Shown here piece by piece: positions 12,034-24,503 of a stretch of 41,014 bases of DNA. Made by a program: the position numbers and the translations under genes. Under the pieces are notes generated by a model. That model did not search any database, was not told where the DNA came from, and saw only the letters and a program-made list of their open reading frames with translations. Position 1 is the first letter of the stretch, and each line of letters opens with the position of its first letter. This DNA is from Octopus bimaculoides (Eukaryota): contig NC_068985.1 in the NCBI RefSeq assembly GCF_001194135.2, forward strand, positions 53,147,757-53,188,770. The letters are read 5' to 3'.

Positions 12034-12428
12034 TTGTGTGTGTGTGTGTTGGCACTCCGTCACTTACGACGTCGGGGGTTCCAGTTGATTCGATCAACGG
12101 AACAGCCTGCTCGTGAAATTAACGTGCATGTGGCTGAGCACTCCACAGACAAGTGTACCCTTAATGTAGTTCTCGGGGACATTCAGCATGACACAGTGTA
12201 ACAAGGCTGACCCTTTGAATTACAGGCACAACAGAAACAGGAAGTAAGAGTGAGAGAAAGTTGTGGTGAAAGAGTACAGCAGGGTTCGCCACCATCCCCT
12301 GCCAGAGCCTCGTGGAGCTTTAGGTGTTTTCACTCAATAAACACTCACAACGCCCGGTCTGGGAATCGAAACCGCGATCCTATGACCGCGGATCCGCTGC
12401 CCTAACCACTGGGCCATTGCGCCTCCAC
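12034..12428 (-). mobile_element. Young full-length tRNA-derived SINE of a second family with (CA)n tail and 14-bp TSD
   Basis: tRNA-like head ggcgcaatggcccagtggttagggcagcgg...gtttcgattccc on the minus strand. Perfect TSD ataatggatcaata at 12020-12033 and 12429-12442. Confidence 0.9.
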
Positions 12429-12686
12429 ATAATGGATCAATAATTATGTAAAAAACAACAACAATAGTTTCAGATTAAGGTAAAAGGCCAGCAATTNNNN
12501 NNNNNNNNNNNNNNNNNNNNNNNNNNNNNNNNNNNNNNNNNNNNNNNNNNNNNNNNNNNNNNNNNNNNNNNNNNNNNNNNNNTATCACTTATTTTATCAA
12601 CCCTGAAAGGATGAAAATTACCCTAATAATTGACTGGTTCTCTATTTAACTGACTCTGAAAAGATGGAAAGCAAAGTGAACTTTAA

Positions 12687-12907
12687 CCCTTTAGCATTTA
12701 AACCAGCCATGTCCGGCCAAAAGTATTCTGCCTGTTTTATGTTCAAACTGGCCAGATCTGGTGTCTCACACCAGCCCTACAATATCGTTTTTAAAATTAA
12801 CAGCTACCTCATCAAAATCTCATAGCTACAAGATAATGCATGATTAGTTCAAAACAATGTGGATAAAAAAGCATTAATTTTGGCAGAATAATGCGAACAC
12901 TAAAGGG
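12687..12907. mobile_element. piggyBac-like TTAA MITE, 221 bp (best copy of family)
   Basis: TTAA|ccctttag ... ctaaaggg|TTAA. Related copies at about 11805-12006, 18326-18540, 23707-23925, 35373-35585 (inverted) and a right end at about 26440-26507. Confidence 0.8.
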
Positions 12908-13078
12908 TTAAAGGGATTCAAACTCAGAATGTAAAGAGCTGGAAGAAATGCCACCAAGCATTTTTTCTGACATGCTAACGATTCTGCCAATCCACTGAAA
13001 TAATAATGGGGATGATGTTGACAATGACAAAGGTGACAATATTGATGACAATGATGATAAAGAAATTGAATTCATTAC

Positions 13079-13212
13079 CTCTGTAACAATATTCAAATCA
13101 GATGACATATTGAAGGTAACGTAAGATTTACCAATGTTGGTGGCAACAGCTACACCAGTGTCTTGGTTAATAGTAATGGCACCACTTGAACTGGCCCACA
13201 TACCTTTCACAC
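13079..13212 (-). CDS. NUP210: NUP210 exon, phase 1-0, (G)VKGMWASSSGAITINQDTGVAVATNIGKSYVTFNMSSDLNIVTE
   Basis: Acceptor gttttcag, donor gtaatg, 134 nt. Matches GTWSSS...IDPKTGVAVA..VG. Confidence 0.95.
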
Positions 13213-13411
13213 CTGAAAACAGTAAATAAACACATTGTAAATATCATTTTACAGAATTTGAACATGTTTAGATATGTTTATAGTTAAACATGTTTAGATA
13301 TGTTTATAGAAGGTAGTACATACTTGTGTGTGTGTGTGTGTGTGTGTGTGCATGCATATAAGCATTTGTTTGTAAAGAGAGAGAGAGAGAGAGAGAGAGA
13401 GTAGATATCTA

Positions 13412-13620
13412 CAGAGAGCTGAACATGTTTAGATGAGCCTGTTGGGGGTTGAACATGTTTAGATGTGCTCATACAGAGCTGGACATGAGTAGATGAATCC
13501 ATTAGAGGGCTGAATATGTTTAGATGTGTACACAGAGAGCTAGAGATATTTAGACATGTCCACAGAGGGCTGAACATGTTTAAATGTGTCTACTGAGAGT
13601 TAAACATGTTTAGATGGCTT
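13412..13620. repeat. 30-bp degenerate minisatellite, about 7 units, core gaacatgtttagat
   Basis: Core starts at 13421, 13451, 13481, 13512, ~13542, 13572 and 13602. Two related shorter units near 13261 and 13287. Confidence 0.88.
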
Positions 13621-13736
13621 AAAGAAGAAAGTCTGAGATCCCCCTTTCAGAACTTATAGGCAAGTTCTGGCAACAAGTCCTTAAAAATAAAAACTGAACA
13701 TGGAAATTATCAAACAGCTTTACAAATAATATTTAC

Positions 13737-13869
13737 CTTTTGATGAAGACAATGGAACATCAAAACAGAAAATCTGTCCAAATTTCATGGTAGCCATCTG
13801 TGGGACAATGGCTTGTTTCACAGGGATGTTGATGTAATCTGCAAGCTTACGATCATCAGCATTCCAAAC
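13737..13869 (-). CDS. NUP210: NUP210 exon, phase 0-1, VWNADDRKLADYINIPVKQAIVPQMATMKFGQIFCFDVPLSSSK
   Basis: Acceptor tgataag, donor gtaaat, 133 nt. Matches [21 protein letters not shown]...GDVLC. Confidence 0.92.
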
Positions 13870-15292
13870 CTTATCAAAGAAAATGTAAAAAAAATTATAC
13901 ACAGCCATTTTGTCTTCCTGCCAATCCTGATAATTCTAAGATTTACAGCAGGTTTAAAGGTACAATACACCACAATGTCAGCCAACAAATAGTGAAGGAA
14001 GGAGCTTCCATGTTGATATGTGTCAGAAGATTCAATAGGATCTGACAAGCCAGAAAACTGCCTCAAGCTCCAATATCTGCTTTGGCATGGTTTCTATGAT
14101 TTGATGCCCTTCCTAATGCCAACCACTTTACAGTGTGCACTGGGGTCTTATTCTTGTGGCATTGGTACTTGTGAGGTCACCAAATGTCAACCAGCACTTT
14201 GCAAAAAGAAAATGTTTAGACATCTGTGTATGTATGTGTGCACGTGTGTGTGACATTGCATGTGTATACATACATGCGAGTGAGAAAGATATCGAATGTA
14301 TGTGTTTGTGTGTAGTGTTGAACATGTTTAGACATATGCATGCATGAAGTGTTGAGTATGTTCAATTATGTGGATGTTGAATCTGTCCAGCAAGCCCTAG
14401 AGGCTAATGTCAGCCAGCATTCCATAGTTGTGTCCGAGAGGATATTAAACACTCTATCGAGAAGAATAAGGATATAAATTAATCATCATCATTATTTTAC
14501 TTTCTGCCTTCCATGCTGATATGCGTCAGATGATTCAATAGGATCTAACAAGCCAGAAAACTGCCTCAAGCTCCAATGTCCACTTTAGGATAGTTTCTAT
14601 GACTTGATGCCCTTCTTAATGTTAACCACTTTACAATGTGATGGGGGATTATTTTTGTAACATTGGCAATTGTGAGGTCACCAAGTAATTCACAAGAAAA
14701 AGCCCCTCAACTGAGTTTGGGTGTAGTGGTAAGGCATGTGGGCCTTGTGCTAGATGCTAAGAAGCTAAAGTATGATAGAACAAGTGTCTTGATAAAGTGG
14801 AGATACATAGCTATTCCAGCTGGAAAGAGAGAAGAGATGGTGGTGAGGAGGTGTCTGAGTGCACAAAGGTGGATAAAGAGAGAACAGGGAAGAGGATCAA
14901 ACAGGGTGGATGGGTAAGTTCACAAGAGAGTGAAAACAGAGTGACAAACTGTTTAGAGCTGTAAAGTGGTTGGCATTAGGAAGGGCATCCAGCCATAGAA
15001 ACCATGCCAAAACAGGCATGGAGCCCAGGTAGCTCTTCAGCTGGTCAGCTCCTGTCAAACCGTCCAACCCATGCCAGCATAGAAAACACATGTTAAATGA
15101 TGATGATAGGAATAGAAGTAAACACAGGTGGAGGCAATGGTCAATGTGAATATCACTTTGAAGGACGAGTTTGAAGGAAATAGGAGTGAAACGTAACAGT
15201 ATAAAACACAAACAAACCATTTGATAGAGTCAAAAGGGTCAAAATGAAAATAAGAAATTCAAGAATATTCACAAGATTTTCTGTAAACAGAC

Positions 15293-15377
15293 CTTTAAAA
15301 GGGTTTGTCCAGCATTGGTTGTTTTAATCAACAGTGTGTTGTTTTCAGCACCATTAACAATCTGTAGAAGATCATAA
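15293..15377 (-). CDS. NUP210: NUP210 exon, phase 2-0, YDLLQIVNGAENNTLLIKTTNAGQTLLK
   Basis: Acceptor ttttttcag, weak donor gtctgt, 85 nt. Matches DDFVQIGKGPTNNT...GLTLLR and bridges the neighbouring phases exactly. Confidence 0.9.
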
Positions 15378-15685
15378 CTGAAAAAATATTTTTTTTAAAA
15401 TTTAGAACACTTTAAAACAAAAAGTTTGCATGCAACAATATCGCAAATTATGCATGTTTATGCAATGAATCCTGTATATATGTATGCTATGTAGTTTAAG
15501 TTAATACACATATTAGACCAGTCGCATTCTAGACCAACACTTCCCCTTTCTATATATTCAAGCTTAAAAATTTATCAGGCATGGAAAATGTAATCAGTGT
15601 ATATACACATTTACATTTGTGTATAAATATCAAATCCAGCATATATATTTCCTTTCATCAGTTTCAGCTCAAAGCTGCAGCCATG

Positions 15686-15725
<40 letters not shown>

Positions 15726-16757
15726 AAAATTTAAATAAGAGTTTTGACGCTAATATCCANNNNNNNNNNNNNNNNNNNNNNNNNNNNNNNNNNNNNNNNN
15801 NNNNNNNNNNNNNNNNNNNNNNNNNNNNNNNNNNNNNNNNNNNNNNNNNNNNNNNNNNNNNNNNNNNNNNNNNNNNNNNNNNNNNNNNNNNNNNNNNNNN
15901 NNNNNNNNNNNNNNNNNNNNNNNNNNNNNNNNNNNNNNNNNNNNNNNNNNNNNNNNNNNNNNNNNNNNNNNNNNNNNNNNNNNNNNNNNNNNNNNNNNNN
16001 NNNNNNNNNNNNNNNNNNNNNNNNNNNNNNNNNNNNNNNNNNNNNNNNNNNNNNNNNNNNNNNNNNNNNNNNNNNNNNNNNNNNNNNNNNNNNNNNNNNN
16101 NNNNNNNNNNNNNNNNNNNNNNNNNNNNNNNNNNNNNNNNNNNNNNNNNNNNNNNNNNNNNNNNNNNNNNNNNNNNNNNNNNNNNNNNNNNNNNNNNNNN
16201 NNNNNNNNNNNNNNNNNNNNNNNNNNNNNNNNNNNNNNNNNNNNNNNNNNNNNNNNNNNNNNNNNNNNNNNNNNNNNNNNNNNNNNNNNNNNNNNNNNNN
16301 NNNNNNNNNNNNNNNNNNNNNNNNNNNNNNNNNNNNNNNNNNNNNNNNNNNNNNNNNNNNNNNNNNNNNNNNNNNNNNNNNNNNNNNNNNNNNNNNNNNN
16401 NNNNNNNNNNNNNNNNNNNNNNNNNNNNNNNNNNNNNNNNNNNNNNNNNNNNNNNNNNNNNNNNNNNNNNNNNNNNNNNNNNNNNNNNNNNNNNNNNNNN
16501 NNNNNNNNNNNNNNNNNNNNNNNNNNNNNNNNNNNNNNNNNNNNNNNNNNNNNNNNNNNNNNNNNNNNNNNNNNNNNNNNNNNNNNNNNNNNNNNNNNNN
16601 NNNNNNNNNNNNNNNNNNNNNNNNNNNNNNNNNNNNNNNNNNNNNNNNNNNNNNNNNNNNNNNNNNNNNNNNNNNNNNNNNNNNNNNNNNNNNNNNNNNN
16701 NNNNNNNNNNNNNNNNNNNNNNNNNNNNNNNNNNNNNNNNNNNNNNNNNNNNNNNNN

Positions 16758-16815
<58 letters not shown>

Positions 16816-17122
16816 TATATTCACACAGATTTAAACGCTGTTTCATTTATTTTCTTCAGCGTACAATTTTCATCATCACACTATCAAGTATAGCATCACC
16901 CCATCCTTCCTTATTCATGTATCACCCCTTCCTTTCTCATTCACAAACACAAGATTATGATTGTCTCGATAACCATGGGAGCTATGAAAAAAATACAAAG
17001 CCCAGCATCACCACAGGATCATTCTACATATATGTATAGATTTTCACGCAATTCCACCCAGCCATTTGACTGTGAATCCTAAGACAAGAATCGCCCATGT
17101 CAAATTTATATATATATATATA

Positions 17123-17265
17123 TCATCATCATCATCATCATCGTCGTTTAACGTCCGCTTTCCATGCTAGCATGGGTTGGACGATTTGACTGAGGACTGG
17201 TGAAACCGGATGGCAACACCAGGCTCCAGTCTAATTTGGCAGAGTTTCTACAGCTGGATGCCCTT

Positions 17266-17268
<3 letters not shown>
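17123..17268 (-). mobile_element. Young RTE 3'-tail copy ((GAT)n tail) inserted in a (TA)n tract
   Basis: Differs from 40783-40925 by one substitution in the ~125-nt body. (TA)n on both sides. Confidence 0.88.
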
Positions 17269-17300
<32 letters not shown>

Positions 17301-17306
17301 CACACA

Positions 17307-18034
17307 TTTTACTTGTTTCAGTCATTAAATTATGTCCATGTTGGAGCACTGTTTTGAGAAATCTTAGTTGAATTAATTGACCTCAGTAATTATTTTCATT
17401 TCTTTTTAAGCCTGGTATTTATTCTATTGGTCTCCTCTGCCGAACTGCTAAATTACAGGGATGTAAACTCATCAATACCGGTTGTCAAGATGTGGTAGGG
17501 GACAAACACAGAGATATGTCTGCATGTGTATGTGTGTGTGTACACACTATGGTATGATGTCAGCGACTGGGGAGCTGCCCGCTGGCCGGAACCGTGAACT
17601 GACCAGAACGGCGAGCTGACCGGAAGAGGAAGAAGGGCAGAGGGAGCCTTGATCGGGATTCCGTGCCCTTTTCGAACGGGGTTGTTGTGAGGAGAGGACG
17701 TGCCAAGCGATCGTCTAGGTGTTGGGAGAAGCAGCTGCTATTGCTAGCGTTCTTCGGGTTGGGCCAGCCACGAGGATTGGATACTGCAGGACAGACTCGA
17801 GCAAAGGAAGGAAATCGAGGTAAGCAGATTACTTCTACTCGCACGCATACACCACACACACACACACACACGGCAGGCTTCTTTCAGTCTCTGTCAACTA
17901 AATCCACTTACAATGTTTTGGTTGGCCCAAGGTTATAGTAGAACATACTTTCCCAAGGTGCCCAAGGTGCAATGGGACTTAACCTGGAACCGTATTTTTG
18001 AGAAGCAAACTTCTCACAACACAGTCACATGCAC
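17307..18034 (-). mobile_element. tRNA-derived SINE split by a foreign ~300-bp insert in its central microsatellite
   Basis: Tail half at 17307-17545 and head half at 17855-18034, both antisense to the 37552 copy. Confidence 0.8.
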
Positions 18035-18587
18035 TGATGTCACTATATATACTTATCAATAGGAAGAGAAGTATCAAAGAAAGAGAGGAGATATTATATT
18101 TATGTATGTTGAGATGGGGTGTATTTCAAAAGATATACTTCGACAAGAAGAGATGTAGTAGTAGAGCTACAGTACAATAGAGAGGGTGAACATTCTCTAC
18201 TGTCTGACCACCCCCAAGCACAATTTGTCACAGGTATTATCTAGTTTCTCAGTCATAGACAGTTCTAGTACACAATATACACTAACAGAGAAGTAAAAAT
18301 ATTTTCAAGCTGGTAACAGATGTAACCCTTTAGCATTTAAACCAGCGAAGTCTGGCCCAAATATGCTGTTTTATGTTCCAACCAATCAGGTCCAGCCTAT
18401 CACACCTACCTTTCAATGCCATGATAAAATATACAATCACATCATCAAAATTACAAAATTACAAAATAATGCATGATTAATAATAAATAATTTAAATGAA
18501 AAAGTATTACATTTGGCAAAATAATCTGAATGCTAAAGGATAAATCTTAATTGAGTTAAGAAATTTTGTAAGGTAGTAAAAGCTTAC

Positions 18588-18760
18588 CGGTTGCATGTGA
18601 ATTTGGTCTGAATGTTGGTAGCATGGAAGGTGTGACCAATTTCATCATGGAATGACACGTGGATAGATAAAGTGGCACCAAGAGGAAGAGCAGACAGGCT
18701 ACCACTTTTAGACTTAAAGACAGTATCAACACTGAGCATTAAGAAGGAGACTGGTTTCAC
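18588..18760 (-). CDS. NUP210: NUP210 exon, phase 0-2, VKPVSFLMLSVDTVFKSKSGSLSALPLGATLSIHVSFHDEIGHTFHATNIQTKFTCN(R)
   Basis: Acceptor ctttcaag, donor gtaagc, 173 nt. Matches VSPVSYL...[23 protein letters not shown]...NR. Confidence 0.95.
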
Positions 18761-19696
18761 CTTGAAAGAGAAACAATTATATTTGGGGATAAAAACGTGC
18801 ACCATCTCCACCAATAAACTCTGACCAACCAATGCAAGCATGAAGAAAAAGACATTATAACAATGATGGTTATGATTCAGTTGCAGAAAACTAAGGCATC
18901 AACATATAAAAGTTCTCATAGACAGCTAACCTTGAACCCCTATAATAAACAGTGGCACCACTGAAGTCTGAACACTATTGGTCACCTACCTGTACATTAA
19001 CTTCTTTAACTCATTGCTAACCCTTACCTTGTCACCAGAACATAGAATGCATGGCTCCCAGAGCTATTCATTTGCCTCAAATGATTTTATCAACTACCTG
19101 ACTAGAAAATGAGAAATCCAGTCAAAAGCCTTCTCCAAGACAAAAACAAATGATAGGTAAAGTGGTTTGCTATTGGCTAAAAACTTCTCTTGTAGCACCT
19201 CACCAAAAAAGAGGACATCTCTACATTGGCATAGATCCAAATTACACTTCATTAAAGCTAATTTTCTTCCTAATTTAACTGTGCTTATAACTCATTCTGC
19301 TACTTCTATAATTTGGTCCAGCAACTTGGGAGATTACACAAATACAGTTTTAATATACATTCTCCTAGCATCTCTAAGTAATAGCTAGACCTGCTACAAA
19401 ATAGTAGCCAAACTGCCCTCAAATCACCCTACTGTCAGAGAAAAGAACTGTTTGGATAGTTTGATACTGGGTTCATGATATACATGAGAATGATAGGATG
19501 ATCATAGCTGGAATGAATTTGGTCAAAGGTTTGTTCAATCAGGGATGGGCTGGGGTTAGAGACAACAACAAAGCTAATTAGAGTACAAGAATTATAGTTC
19601 CATTTTAAGTTTTAAAAATAGACAAAAAAAATTGAAGACAAATACTTATCTAAGTACCATAAGAACAATCAAACATCATAAGCCAAAGATACTCAC

Positions 19697-19874
19697 TATA
19701 ACATTGAAAACCATTGTCTGGTTGATGCCAAAATCTTCAACAGCAGATATCATAAGAGTAATCTGCCCAGTTTTAGAACCAGTCGAGAGGATACCATTTT
19801 CGCGGACAGTTACTTCAGGTGCTTTTTCACCAGGTCGGCTACTTGTTTTGTAAAGCAGACGAACAGAATTATCC
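19697..19874 (-). CDS. NUP210: NUP210 exon, phase 2-0, DNSVRLLYKTSSRPGEKAPEVTVRENGILSTGSKTGQITLMISAVEDFGINQTMVFNVI
   Basis: Acceptor ttttttcaaag, donor gtgagt, 178 nt. Matches VDEKGFLASGS..G...EPFGANQT. Confidence 0.93.
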
Positions 19875-20800
19875 CTTTGAAAAAAAAACAAAAGAAACAC
19901 AAAATAAAACATATTTTGTTAACAACAAGGAACTGGAATTCATCATCATCATCTTAACATTCATTTTTCTATGCATGTATGGGTCAAATAGAGTCCACTG
20001 AGGTAGATTTTCAACGTGATGATGCCCTTCCTGTTGTCAACCCTCATCTGTTTCCAAGCAAAGTAATATCTCCCTAAGGCTGAACATGCTTTCCCATAAG
20101 ATTGGAAACAAACAACACAACTTACATGATGGTGACACTCAGTTACAATTATTGCATGCTGTCAAAATGAAGAGACACCAAACACACACAAAGTTTTAGT
20201 CAACCTAGAACTATATAAGACACTTGCCCGAGGAACTGTGCACTAGGAATGAATCCAAAACATGACTGGAAAGCGAACACCTTAGCCACACAGCAAAGTC
20301 TGTCCTCTCTTTTATTCTCCATCTCAGCATAATAAGGGCTACAGCACTCTCACAAATGCCTTGATAAAATACACCTAGTGCACCTTGTAAAGTGGTTGGT
20401 GTTAAGAAGCTATGGTAACCTTACCAAACAGAAGTGTCAGAGCAAGATATGGTCCTTTAACCAGTTTAAGAGGGCTTACAGTTAACTTGACTGAGATGAT
20501 ATGTTTATTCCTTGCCAATATGGAAAACAGATATAAAATGAAAATGATGATAGTGACAATGAATATTGTAACCCTTGGTTAAGTTTAGCAGTCTAGCTTG
20601 TTCTACTTTTTTCGTTAAAAAGTTATTACAAAGCAGACTTAGTAACTAGTAATGAACAAAATGTTAACAGACCTATTTGTAGGGACCCAGACATAGACTG
20701 ACCTTTCCAATAAGATAATTAAGATATAGTTAATCACATGGAGGCAGCATGTTACACTGCACATACACATTCTTAAAAGTACTTCAAGATTCTACACCAA

Positions 20801-20966
20801 TCATCATCATCATCATTGTTTAACGTCCGCTTTCCATGCTAGCATGGGTTGGATGATTTGACTGAGGACTAGTGGAACCCGAAGGCTACACCAGGCTCCA
20901 ATCTGATTTGGCAGAGTTTCTACAGTTGGATGCCCTTCCTAACACCAACCACTCCGAGAGTGTAGT
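20801..20966 (-). mobile_element. RTE 3'-tail copy with 6-bp TSD caccaa
   Basis: Same family sequence. caccaa at 20795-20800 and 20967-20972. Confidence 0.85.
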
Positions 20967-21424
20967 CACCAAAGAAAATGAATCTTGCCAATAGCATCTA
21001 TCTATGAAGTACATTTTAGCATTGTCCTTTTACTAAATACATTGAGTAATGTAATACTGATAAATGACGTACACAGATACACTTTGAAGATAAGTATTAT
21101 GCTGATTTTAATGGAATTTATACTCAGAACCCGTGAAGACAGAGCATATATCTTTCTGTCATGCACTCTCTCTCTCACACACACTATTTCTTTTCCCTTT
21201 TGAGACTAACTTGCCTGAGATAACCTTTAGTTTTATAATATAAACTTCTTGCTTTGAAGTGATTTAAATTAAAATCCTACATCGAAATTTTGCATTATGT
21301 TCCAACCACCAGCTAATAGATAACACCGTTATTTTACAAAATTCTTTGTTATTTTCAAGATTAATTGAAACAAAGGCAGTGTGGTAACAAAAAGAAATGT
21401 GGTAACAAGAGAATTAATACTGAC

Positions 21425-21516
21425 CGATTAGTCTTCAGCTGCATTTCAGTGTTGGCTGTAACCAATATGTAACCATCAACCATGCTTGGTGAAATCAAGG
21501 TCAGCCCATCAAAAAC
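21425..21516 (-). CDS. NUP210: NUP210 exon, phase 0-2, VFDGLTLISPSMVDGYILVTANTEMQLKTN(R)
   Basis: Acceptor tttaatcag, donor gtcagt, 92 nt. Matches VFEKLQLLNP...IKLQTNR. Confidence 0.92.
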
Positions 21517-21724
21517 CTGATTAAAAGAGAAACACAATATGACAACCAAAGCAAATCTAAAAAGAATATCTTTTAAGATTCATACTAGCAATATAATAGC
21601 AAAAATGTGCCTAATGTACATATCCAAGTCATGCATGTATGCATTCTTGTGTATATTCTGTCTGCTGTTTTACATTTTTCTATATAGCAACTATTGTATA
21701 CACACAATCAACTGACAAACAAAA

Positions 21725-22160
21725 CATCATCATCATCATTTAACATCCGCTTTCCATGCTAGCATGGGTTGGACGATTTGACTGAGGACAGGCAAGCCAG
21801 AAGGTTGCACCCGGCTCCAACTTGATCTACAGCTGGATGCCCTTCCTACTCCGAGAGTGTAGTGGGTGCTTTTACGTGCCACTGGCACGAGGGCCAGTCA
21901 CAAGGTACTGGCAATGGTCATGCTCAAAAAGGTGTTTTTTATGTGCCACCTGCACGGGAGCCAGTCCAGCGGCACTGGCAACGACCTCGCTCGAATGATT
22001 TTCTAACGTGCCACCAGCACAAGAGCTAGAAGGCGACGCTAGTGATGATTACGCTCAAATGGTGCTATTTACAGGCCACTAGCATGGAAGCCAGACAGCT
22101 GCTCTGGCAATGAACATGCTCGGACAGTGCAGTTAGTGCTCCACTGGCGCAGGTGCCAAT
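21725..22160 (-). mobile_element. RTE 3' UTR/tail copy (longer)
   Basis: (cat)n-tttaacatccgctttccatgctagc..., followed by repeated gtgccact/ggcactgg UTR units. Confidence 0.82.
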
Positions 22161-22964
22161 ACAAAATAAATACTAGTGACAGAAGCAGTATTAATACTGA
22201 GTGGCAATCTTTATATCCAACTTAATATAGACATATAATTAGACCACCATATTACTGCAGTATATATCTTGAGAGATCCAGAGATATAGACATACGATGC
22301 TAAAAGCACAGACGTACATCATTAGCAGGCGTGAACTGTCTGGCATGGGCACCAGAACAGTCAGAATTATAAATGTTAGACATTGTAATCACTAACAACT
22401 AATACAGATAAAGAACAAAAGAGGGAGGAACAGAGAGAGGTGATGAAGGAACAGAGAGAAAGGGATAAAGAGGGCGAGGAGAGAGAGTAGAGATGAGAGA
22501 GGGAGGAAGAGAACAAGGGAAATGTTAAAAATGTTTAATGTCAGATAAGTCAGCATCAAAGCAACAATGCCAAAACGTCTCATACTGTTACTGTTTACAT
22601 GACAGAGCACTTACAGTTTCTTTCTCTTTAAATCAGACACTGTGTTTACTGTGTTTTAGTTTCTCATTTATCTCCACAAATATCTCACAATCTTCACAGG
22701 TAGGTATGGCAGTGTGAGTAACGAATTCTTTTCACAACTATGTGGTTTTGGCTATGACTCTATCACATGCTACCTTGAGCAAGTACTGTCTGTTACTGCC
22801 TTGGGTTGACTAATATCTTATGAATGAAATTTAGTAGACAGAAAGCACAGAACCTCATGTCTGCCAGTGAGCATGTCATTACATTGACAATGTTTAGGTA
22901 TGTCCTACATAAGCAATGTCCTCACAGCTCAATGGTTTCACATCCAAAACCAGTGAAATAAAGT

Positions 22965-23290
22965 AAAGGGTAAAGATGCACTTTGGTCGTGAATGACCAT
23001 GTGATTACAACAAGAAAGTTACCCTCCGAGGTTAAAGTCTGGGCAAGGTTGTTTATGGAAGATCAGCAGTCACCCATGCATACCAGTTTTCCTGCACCAC
23101 GGCACCGGTGTTATCAAAGGGAAAGGCAAAGGCCAATACAGCTTGGCACCAGTGACATTGCAACTCATTTCCGCAGCTGAGTGAACTGCAACAACATGAA
23201 ATAGAGTGTCTTGTTCAAGAACACAATATCCAGCCTGGTCTGGGAATCAAACTCACTACCTCATAATTGTGAGCCCGATGCTCTAACCAT
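22965..23290 (-). mobile_element. tRNA-derived SINE of a third family, degenerate
   Basis: Minus-strand head aatggttagagcatcgggctcacaattatgaggtagtgagtttgattcccagacc with A/B-box-like motifs. Confidence 0.7.
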
Positions 23291-23398
23291 TATTCACTAG
23301 CGGAATAAATTACCTTATGTATAAAAGGTCTGGTGACAGAAAAGGCATCAAGCTGTAGAGTATTACACTAAGTCTTTCCCATATACTAGCACAGAAAT

Positions 23399-23543
23399 AT
23401 CATCATCATCATCATCGTTTAACGTCCGCTTTCCATGCTAGCATGGGTTGGACTATTTCACTGAGGACTGGTGAAACCGGATGGCAACACCAGGCTCCAA
23501 TCTAATTTGGCAGAGTTTCTACAGCTGGATGCCCTTCCTAACG
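23399..23543 (-). mobile_element. Young RTE 3'-tail copy
   Basis: Same subfamily as 17123 (ggtgaaaccggatggcaacaccagg), truncated at cccttcctaacg. Confidence 0.86.
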
Positions 23544-23706
23544 GGAAGTAAATAAGGGAAGTAAAATGATGATGATTTATGTATTCAGCAACAAAGTCAC
23601 TCAGCAAGAGATATTTTGTTCAAATACTGCTTGAAGTCCTGTTGCACTATTTTCTGTTTCAAGGTTGGTACTTATAATGTCTAATGTCATTAATTTGTTT
23701 GCTTAA

Positions 23707-23925
23707 CCCTTTAACATTTAAAGTGGCCAGATCCAGCCCAAATATTCTACCAATTCTGTGTTAAAACCAGTAAGATCCAGCCCCTTACATCTACCCTATG
23801 ATGTCATTCTAAAAAAATATCATTGCACCACCGAAATCTTAAAGCTACAAGATAAGGCATGACAAATTCAAAATAAAGTGAATGAATAAGCATTACATTC
23901 AACGGAATAATCTGAGTGCTAAAGG
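23707..23925. mobile_element. piggyBac-like TTAA MITE copy
   Basis: ttaa|ccctttaacatttaaa ... gtgctaaagg|ttaa, with the same internal sequence as 12687-12907. Confidence 0.78.
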
Positions 23926-24347
23926 TTAACATTGGTTTTGCCATCCTAGCCATGGATTCCACTGGGAGTAATTCAAAGCAGAACTTTATGACCAGATGCT
24001 CTTCCTGTCACAAACCATTACCTATTTACTTTGTCTTTTCTTTTTTTTTTTCAAAGTAAGGAACTCTTCAGTCTAGTGAGCTTCGAAAGTTTAGAGCATT
24101 CAGTCATAATACCAACAAGGAATGCTAACATCATTATTCCCTTCAGGCAGTGACAAGAGCAGAACATCAACATTCATATATATCCATGCACAACACAGTC
24201 ATACCTGCATCCATCATTTGTATTAGAATCTTAGCCATTAATTTATAATTAAAAAAACAAAGAAATCAATGTCAAATCAAATCAATGAGAAATATTGAAG
24301 CAAAACATTTTTTTTTTAAATATGAAGATTTTTTTTAAAAAACTTAC

Positions 24348-24503
24348 TTCGATTTGTAATTCGTCTCGAAATTCTTTGTCTAAAACAATTTGATTTTTGC
24401 CTTTTAGTGTTGGTTTTACTCTCAGTTGTACAGTGATGATCCCAGGTCCCATTGCTACCAAATGAGTGGCAAAATTGCTTTCTCTTGGCAAATTCAGACC
24501 AGT
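24348..24503 (-). CDS. NUP210: NUP210 exon, phase 0-0, TGLNLPRESNFATHLVAMGPGIITVQLRVKPTLKGKNQIVLDKEFRDELQIE
   Basis: Acceptor cttttcag, donor gtaagt, 156 nt. Matches LPSQYNFAM...LSDEIQVQ. Confidence 0.93.

Noticed and set aside
12340-12428. tRNA-like sequence
   Set aside because: It is the head of a SINE with body, tail and TSD, not a tRNA gene.
13255-13620. CRISPR-like repeat/spacer appearance
   Set aside because: Eukaryotic intron, spacers are homologous to each other, and no cas genes. It is a minisatellite.
532-16846. ORFs of 300-430 aa in the supplied track (532-1545, 2359-3392, 7327-8384, 15581-17039, and similar near 39100)
   Set aside because: They are runs of X from N gaps flanked by microsatellite translations, not genes.
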